From NCBI RefSeq assembly GCF_947500125.1, contig NZ_CANMRA010000002.1, forward strand, positions 150,144 to 214,143: a DNA stretch of 64,000 nucleotides. Reading direction: 5' to 3'. Below the pieces are notes generated by a model, which was not told the DNA's origin, did no database searches, and saw nothing but the letters and a program-made list of their open reading frames with translations. The first letter of the stretch is position 1; every line of letters starts with the position of its first letter. Source of the stretch: an uncultured Kocuria sp. (lineage in GTDB: Bacteria; Actinomycetota; Actinomycetes; Actinomycetales; Micrococcaceae). The position numbers and the translations under genes were made by a program. Below are positions 59,549 to 64,000 of the stretch, piece after piece.

Positions 59549-60352
59549 TCACATCTTCTGCACGCGCCGGGGCCAGGACCGGTCCCGGCGCCGTCGGGAC
59601 CGGACCATGAGCCCGGTGGAGAGCGCCGCGACGGCGGTCAGGAGCCAGTAGAAGGCCGGTGGGGCCCCGCCGTCCAGGACGACGAAGACCGTGACGACGG
59701 TCCAGCCGCCCCACACCAGCACGGCGGAGGACCGGTTCATCGCGTCCTCCGGACGGAAGCTGTCGTCGGACGGCCGGTCCGCGATGCCGTCCAGGTGCGT
59801 GCGTTCCGTGGCGGCGCCGGTGAGGCAGCGGGCCGAGTCGACGAGGTGGGCGTTGCGTTCGGCCGCCCACTGCGGGATCCAGGAGTGCATCCTGGCGTAC
59901 CACCCCAGGTTGTCGCGGCACCGCGCTCTGAGGGTGGAACCGGCGCCGGTGTCGGTCGCCGTCACGGTGAGGGTGGAGGGGAAGCGGCGCCGGCCCCTGG
60001 CGGACTCGATGCCGGTGAAGCGGAACGCGAAGTCCGATCCGACGTCGACGACGGCCTCCTTGCCCCTCTGCCGGACCGTGGCTCCCTCCGCACGGAAGTG
60101 CTCCGTGATGCGGTCCAGGGCCTGGGCGGCGGGCAGGCCCGAGGTCCACTCGTCCTGGAGGCTGAACCGTTCGTGGCGTGCCGCACGGCGGGCCCACCAG
60201 CCGAACAGGAGGCAGGCGGCGCCGACGATCCCCAGCCAGAGCATCGTCGCCCAGAGCGGAAGCTCCAGCCGGCGCAGCACCCAGAACGGCACCAGGAACA
60301 GGACCACCCCGAGTGCCACCAGGCCCTTCGACGTTCCCCGCCTCTCGGTCAT
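59549..60352 (-). CDS. Hypothetical membrane protein (2 TM + soluble domain + 2 TM)
   Basis: Hydrophobic pairs at both ends; SD GGAGGG upstream; TTGCCA-N17-TAGGAA promoter-like sequence upstream. Confidence 0.7.
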   Translation of the reverse strand: MTERRGTSKGLVALGVVLFLVPFWVLRRLELPLWATMLWLGIVGAACLLFGWWARRAARHERFSLQDEWTSGLPAAQALDRITEHFRAEGATVRQRGKEAVVDVGSDFAFRFTGIESARGRRRFPSTLTVTATDTGAGSTLRARCRDNLGWYARMHSWIPQWAAERNAHLVDSARCLTGAATERTHLDGIADRPSDDSFRPEDAMNRSSAVLVWGGWTVVTVFVVLDGGAPPAFYWLLTAVAALSTGLMVRSRRRRDRSWPRRVQKM

Positions 60353-60584
60353 GGTCGCCCTCCCCTCCTTCGCGCGGCGGGCCCGGCCCGTCAGCCCATT
60401 CCCTTCCTACGGGAGCGGATTTGCAGTGGCAAGACACGCAAGAAGGGACAGGGAGCGGCATCCGGGCGGAGGACGTGGCGCTCTGCCGGCGGTCCGGGTC
60501 TGCCGTCGGTCCGGATCCGCGGCCGGGCCGATCGCTGGGAAGCCCGGGCGCCGGGAAGCCCGAGCGCCGGCGCTCGGGCGGGGG

Positions 60585-60869
60585 CTACTGGTCGAGCAGG
60601 GCGAGGGCCTCGCCGATGCGGTCGCGCAGGGCCCGGGCCTGCTCCACGGTCCACGCCTCGTGGCCGATGTGGAGGACCGTGCCGTCGGGATGGGCATAGG
60701 AACCGTCCGGGGTGCTGATGACCTCCCAGGTCTCCAGGAGCGCGACCGGTGACGGGCCGGCGAGGGACCGGGCGGGCAGCTCCCGCGAGTTGGTGACCGT
60801 CTCGGGGTCGGTCAGCTCCTGACGGGTGGCCCAGCGGGGGCGGGGGACGAGAGCGGTGTTCTCGTACAT
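60585..60869 (-). CDS. Small hypothetical protein, possibly mobile-element derived
   Basis: SD GGAAGG before ATG; C-terminal WTVEQARALRDRI helix; AT-richer upstream region. Confidence 0.55.
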   Translation of the reverse strand: MYENTALVPRPRWATRQELTDPETVTNSRELPARSLAGPSPVALLETWEVISTPDGSYAHPDGTVLHIGHEAWTVEQARALRDRIGEALALLDQ

Positions 60870-61049
60870 GGGGGTGCCTTCCAGGAAGTGGGGGTATGTC
60901 CATGTTTATGCATGTGAGGGCTCGGATGTGCTCCCGGCTCGCCCGTGTCGCCGGAGGGATCGAGGTGTAGACCTCTGTCGGCGCCGCCTGCACTTTTGTC
61001 CTGTCGGACGCCGTGGTCGCCTCTCCGTCGTCGCCCCGCCGGGGCCGCC

Positions 61050-61304
61050 CTACTGTCCGTCGAGCTGCCCGGAGGGGGTGGGGACCGACTCGGGGCCGGG
61101 CGGGTCCGGCGCGGGAGCCGCGGAACCGGTCCCGGAGTCCGTCGGAAGTCCGTCGGGGGTGGGCGTCGGTGTCGCCGTGACCGGGGGAGGAGGGCTGAAC
61201 GAGGTGGGGGAGGCGCCGGGGGTGCTCTCCGCCTCCTCCGGCCGGTCGTCGCACCCGGTCAGCGTCAGCGCGAGCAGGACCGCGGCGGGAATCGTGCGGC
61301 GCAT
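61050..61304 (-). CDS. Small Pro/Thr-rich lipoprotein
   Basis: MRRTIPAAVLLALTLTGC lipobox, low-complexity mature part. Confidence 0.65.
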   Translation of the reverse strand: MRRTIPAAVLLALTLTGCDDRPEEAESTPGASPTSFSPPPPVTATPTPTPDGLPTDSGTGSAAPAPDPPGPESVPTPSGQLDGQ

Positions 61305-61457
61305 CGGGGCAGCCTCTCTGTCGGGGACGACTCCACGGTAGCGGGGCGGGCCGCCGTTGCGCAGGAGCGACGGGTCCGGGCCCGGCTGCCGAGAGGACGC
61401 CCGCGCCCGGGTGTGCGAGGATCCTTCGGACCAGGACGCCGACCGGCAGGAGCCGCC

Positions 61458-61682
61458 ATGTCCGAGCGAAGCAGTGAGCGCACCGCCCTCGTCCTCCTGT
61501 CCGCGACCGCGGTGCTGCTGCTCGCGGGTCAGCTCCTCACATGGTCCTCGGAGGACGGGGTGTTCAGCGCCTTCGTGTTCGTGCTGCTGCTGCTCTGGGC
61601 CGCGGTCATCGCCGTCCGGGTGGTCCGCTTCGTCCGGCGGGACCGGCGCCCGGGCGATCCCGGGCCCGACGATCCCGCGTAG
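61458..61682 (+). CDS. Small two-TM membrane protein
   Basis: SD AGGAG before ATG 61458; two hydrophobic helices then RR-rich tail. Confidence 0.65.
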   Translation: MSERSSERTALVLLSATAVLLLAGQLLTWSSEDGVFSAFVFVLLLLWAAVIAVRVVRFVRRDRRPGDPGPDDPA

Positions 61683-61706
61683 GGCGCCGCCGCCGGCCGC
61701 CGGCAG

Positions 61707-62765
61707 TCAGCCGCCGGCAAGCCGTCTCCGCACCGCCGCGACCGTGTCCCGTGCCGAGCGGCCGACGCCGACGAGGGTCGCCGACCCCGGACCCGTCCAG
61801 TCCCCGTAGCCCACGAGGTACAGACCGGGCGCCCGGGTCGAGGCGGTGCCGTCGGTGCGGATCCGCCCGTCGTCCTCCCGCAGGTGCAGGGGACGGAGGT
61901 GCCGCAGGGCCGGGCGGAACCCGGTGCACCAGACGACGGCGTCGACCGGCTGCTCCCGGCCGTCCGCCCGGACCACGCCGTGCGCCGTGAAGCGGGTGAC
62001 CATCGGCTGGGGATCGAGCAGCCCGGCCTCGCGGGCCCGGCGCACGGAGGGAACGGCCACCACGTCGCCGAGGCTCGCCACCCCACCGGGATCCGGCCGA
62101 CCCTCGGCGAGGGCCTGGGCGCGCACCGTGGCGACGCGGAACAGCTCGCGTCCGTCCACGTCGTCGGGCAGGTAGCGGGGCGGGGCGTTGGTGCACCACG
62201 TCAGGTCGCTCACCTCGGCGAGCTCGGCGGCGATCTGGGCCCCGGAGTTCGCTCCGCCCACCACGAGCACGCGGCGTCCGCGGTAGCGTGCCGGGCCGTC
62301 GTAGTGGGCGCTGTGCACCTGCTCGCCGCGGTACTCCCGCTGACCGGGGAGGGCGGGCCAGAACGGTTGCGACCACGTGCCGGTGGCGCTCACGACGGCG
62401 CGCGCCCTCAGCTCGCCGTCGTCCGTCACCAGGAGGAAGCCCGTCCCGTCGCGGTGCACGGCCCGCACACGGACCGGCCGCCGGACGGGCAGCCGGTAGC
62501 GCTCCTCGTACTCGGACAGGTAGTCGACGACGTGCTCGGCGGCCGGTGCGGCGCCGTCCGTGTCCGGCATCGGGCGCCCGGGCAGGGACGAGTACCCGGC
62601 GGGGGAGAAGAGCCGCAGCGACGGCCAGACATGCCGCCACGCCCCGCCCGGGGCCTCCTGCTCGTCGAGGAGCACGAACGACAGGCCGGTGCGCCGGAGG
62701 TAGTAGCCCACGGCCAGTCCCGCCTGCCCCGCGCCCACCACCGCGACGTCCAGGACCTCGCCCAC
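61707..62765 (-). CDS. Flavin-containing monooxygenase, ArsO-like
   Basis: GAGQAG FAD motif, GGAWRHVWPSLRLFSP, ATG, YRGEQVHSAHY FMO fingerprint, GGANSG NAD(P)H motif. Confidence 0.85.
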   Translation of the reverse strand: MGEVLDVAVVGAGQAGLAVGYYLRRTGLSFVLLDEQEAPGGAWRHVWPSLRLFSPAGYSSLPGRPMPDTDGAAPAAEHVVDYLSEYEERYRLPVRRPVRVRAVHRDGTGFLLVTDDGELRARAVVSATGTWSQPFWPALPGQREYRGEQVHSAHYDGPARYRGRRVLVVGGANSGAQIAAELAEVSDLTWCTNAPPRYLPDDVDGRELFRVATVRAQALAEGRPDPGGVASLGDVVAVPSVRRAREAGLLDPQPMVTRFTAHGVVRADGREQPVDAVVWCTGFRPALRHLRPLHLREDDGRIRTDGTASTRAPGLYLVGYGDWTGPGSATLVGVGRSARDTVAAVRRRLAGG

Positions 62766-62983
62766 GTCCGAGCCCCCGTCCCGGCCGGTCAGCGGAGGCC
62801 GACGGAGTGGAGGGCCGCGTGCGTCCCGACGTTCCGTCGGGGCGGTCGTGACGTGGTGAGCACGGGGAGGTCTCCTCGGAGCGGTCAGGGTGGGGCGTCA
62901 GGGAGGCGGCGCGCCCGCAGGTGCGCGGGTCCGGGCGCCCAGCCTACCGCCACCGGGGCGGAGGGCCGGTCTAGGGTGAGCCC

Positions 62984-64000
62984 ATGGAAAAGCTCTCCTC
63001 CTCCTGGGGCCGGGTGTTCAACAAGTTCTGGTTCGTGCCCGCTGTGTGCGTGCTCGCCGCCGTCGTCCTGGCCCAGTCCGCCGTGGCCGTGGACCGGTGG
63101 CTGCCCGAGGACATGGACTCCCCGTGGGTCGTCTGGATCTACGCCGTCGGCATCGACGGGTCCCGGGCGATGCTCTCCGCGATCGGCGGGTCGATGCTCG
63201 GGGTGGCCGCGACCGCCTTCTCCATCACCATCTCGGTGATCGCCACGGCCAGCTCCACGTACGGTCCCCGCCTGGTGCACAACTTCATGGCGGACCGCGG
63301 CAACCAGGTCGTGCTGGGCGTGCTGGTCTCCACCTTCATCTACACCCTGCTGGTCCTGCGCACGATCCGCTCGGCCTCCGACGACCTCGCGCAGCCGTTC
63401 GTCCCGCACCTGGCCGTCAACCTCGGGGTGCTGATGGCGGTCGCGGACGTCGCCCTCGTCGTCTACTTCATCCACCACATCGCGGACTCCGTGCAGGTCG
63501 ACACCCTCGTCCACGGCGCGCGCCGGCGCCTGCTGGCCGTGATCGAGCGCTGGCACCCGGAGGAGACACCGGAGGAGCTGGTCCGCACCGCGGGCGGCCG
63601 CAGCGGCGGGGGAGAGGTCCGGGCGGGCGCCGTGGGCTACGTCACCGGAGTCGACTACGAGCGGCTCCGGGACCACGCGGAGACCGGGGACGTCGTCGTC
63701 GAGCTCGTCCCGCGGGTGGGCGACCACGTCCTGGCCGAGGAGCCGCTGGTCCGGGTCTGGCCCGAGCACCGGGCCGAGGAGCTGGAGGACCGGCTGCGGC
63801 GCTGCGTGCAGGTGGGCGACTCGCGCTCGGCCCACCAGGACGTGCGCTTCGCGGAGCAGCAGGTGGTGGAGCTCGCCGTGCGCGCCCTCTCCCCGAGCAC
63901 CAACGACCCCTACACCGCGGTCAACGCCATCGAGCAGGTCGCGTCCGGGATCGTCACGGCCGTCTCCCGCCCGCTGCCGGGGAACACGGTCGTGGTGGAC
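62984..64000 (+). CDS. DUF2254-family membrane protein (runs off window end)
   Basis: Manual translation MEKLSSSWGRVFNKFWFVPA..ASSTYGPRLVHNF..YFIHHIADSVQV..RALSPSTNDPYTA; ATG 6 nt after TAGGGT. Confidence 0.88.
   Translation, partial: MEKLSSSWGRVFNKFWFVPAVCVLAAVVLAQSAVAVDRWLPEDMDSPWVVWIYAVGIDGSRAMLSAIGGSMLGVAATAFSITISVIATASSTYGPRLVHNFMADRGNQVVLGVLVSTFIYTLLVLRTIRSASDDLAQPFVPHLAVNLGVLMAVADVALVVYFIHHIADSVQVDTLVHGARRRLLAVIERWHPEETPEELVRTAGGRSGGGEVRAGAVGYVTGVDYERLRDHAETGDVVVELVPRVGDHVLAEEPLVRVWPEHRAEELEDRLRRCVQVGDSRSAHQDVRFAEQQVVELAVRALSPSTNDPYTAVNAIEQVASGIVTAVSRPLPGNTVVVD

Noticed and set aside
59353-64000. Intact prophage/ICE at tRNA-Lys
   Set aside because: No integrase, structural or conjugation genes and no att duplicate inside the window.

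Overview
Very GC-rich actinobacterial chromosome segment. Gene order and protein styles suggest Micrococcaceae, probably Kocuria (inference). Most of the window is core genome: amino-acid permease, fused DhaKL, rhodanese-pheA, lipid kinase, serS, HAD hydrolase, osmoprotectant ABC operon, ppa, dacB-DUF2342-HTH-tilS-hpt-ftsH-folEPBK-DUF3180-PH-PH-DUF2520-panC-lysS, lsr2, clpC, argA-like GNAT, mutY, disA-radA, FUSC, pstSCAB, PiT-DUF47, glutaminase and tRNA-Lys(TTT). There are three non-routine areas. (1) At 12.4-17.8 kb, a large TM0106-family nuclease/exonuclease/SF1-helicase gene has a translationally coupled unknown partner and a degenerate SatD-like gene. Upstream lies a promoter-led, hairpin-dense non-coding region with two CCCCCC-loop hairpins (6C-RNA-like). 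(2) At 43.5-48.9 kb, an arsenic-resistance cluster between radA and the FUSC/pst genes contains an in-frame fusion of a mycothiol-type ArsC to the ArsD metallochaperone, plus ArsA, Acr3 and two more ArsC classes. (3) At 56.4-56.6 kb, an 84-nt three-way-junction RNA candidate with its own promoter lies upstream of DUF47-PiT. A small variable region with an ArsO-like monooxygenase follows the tRNA. No CRISPR array, integrase or transposase was seen. All structures and family assignments were made by eye and need computational confirmation.
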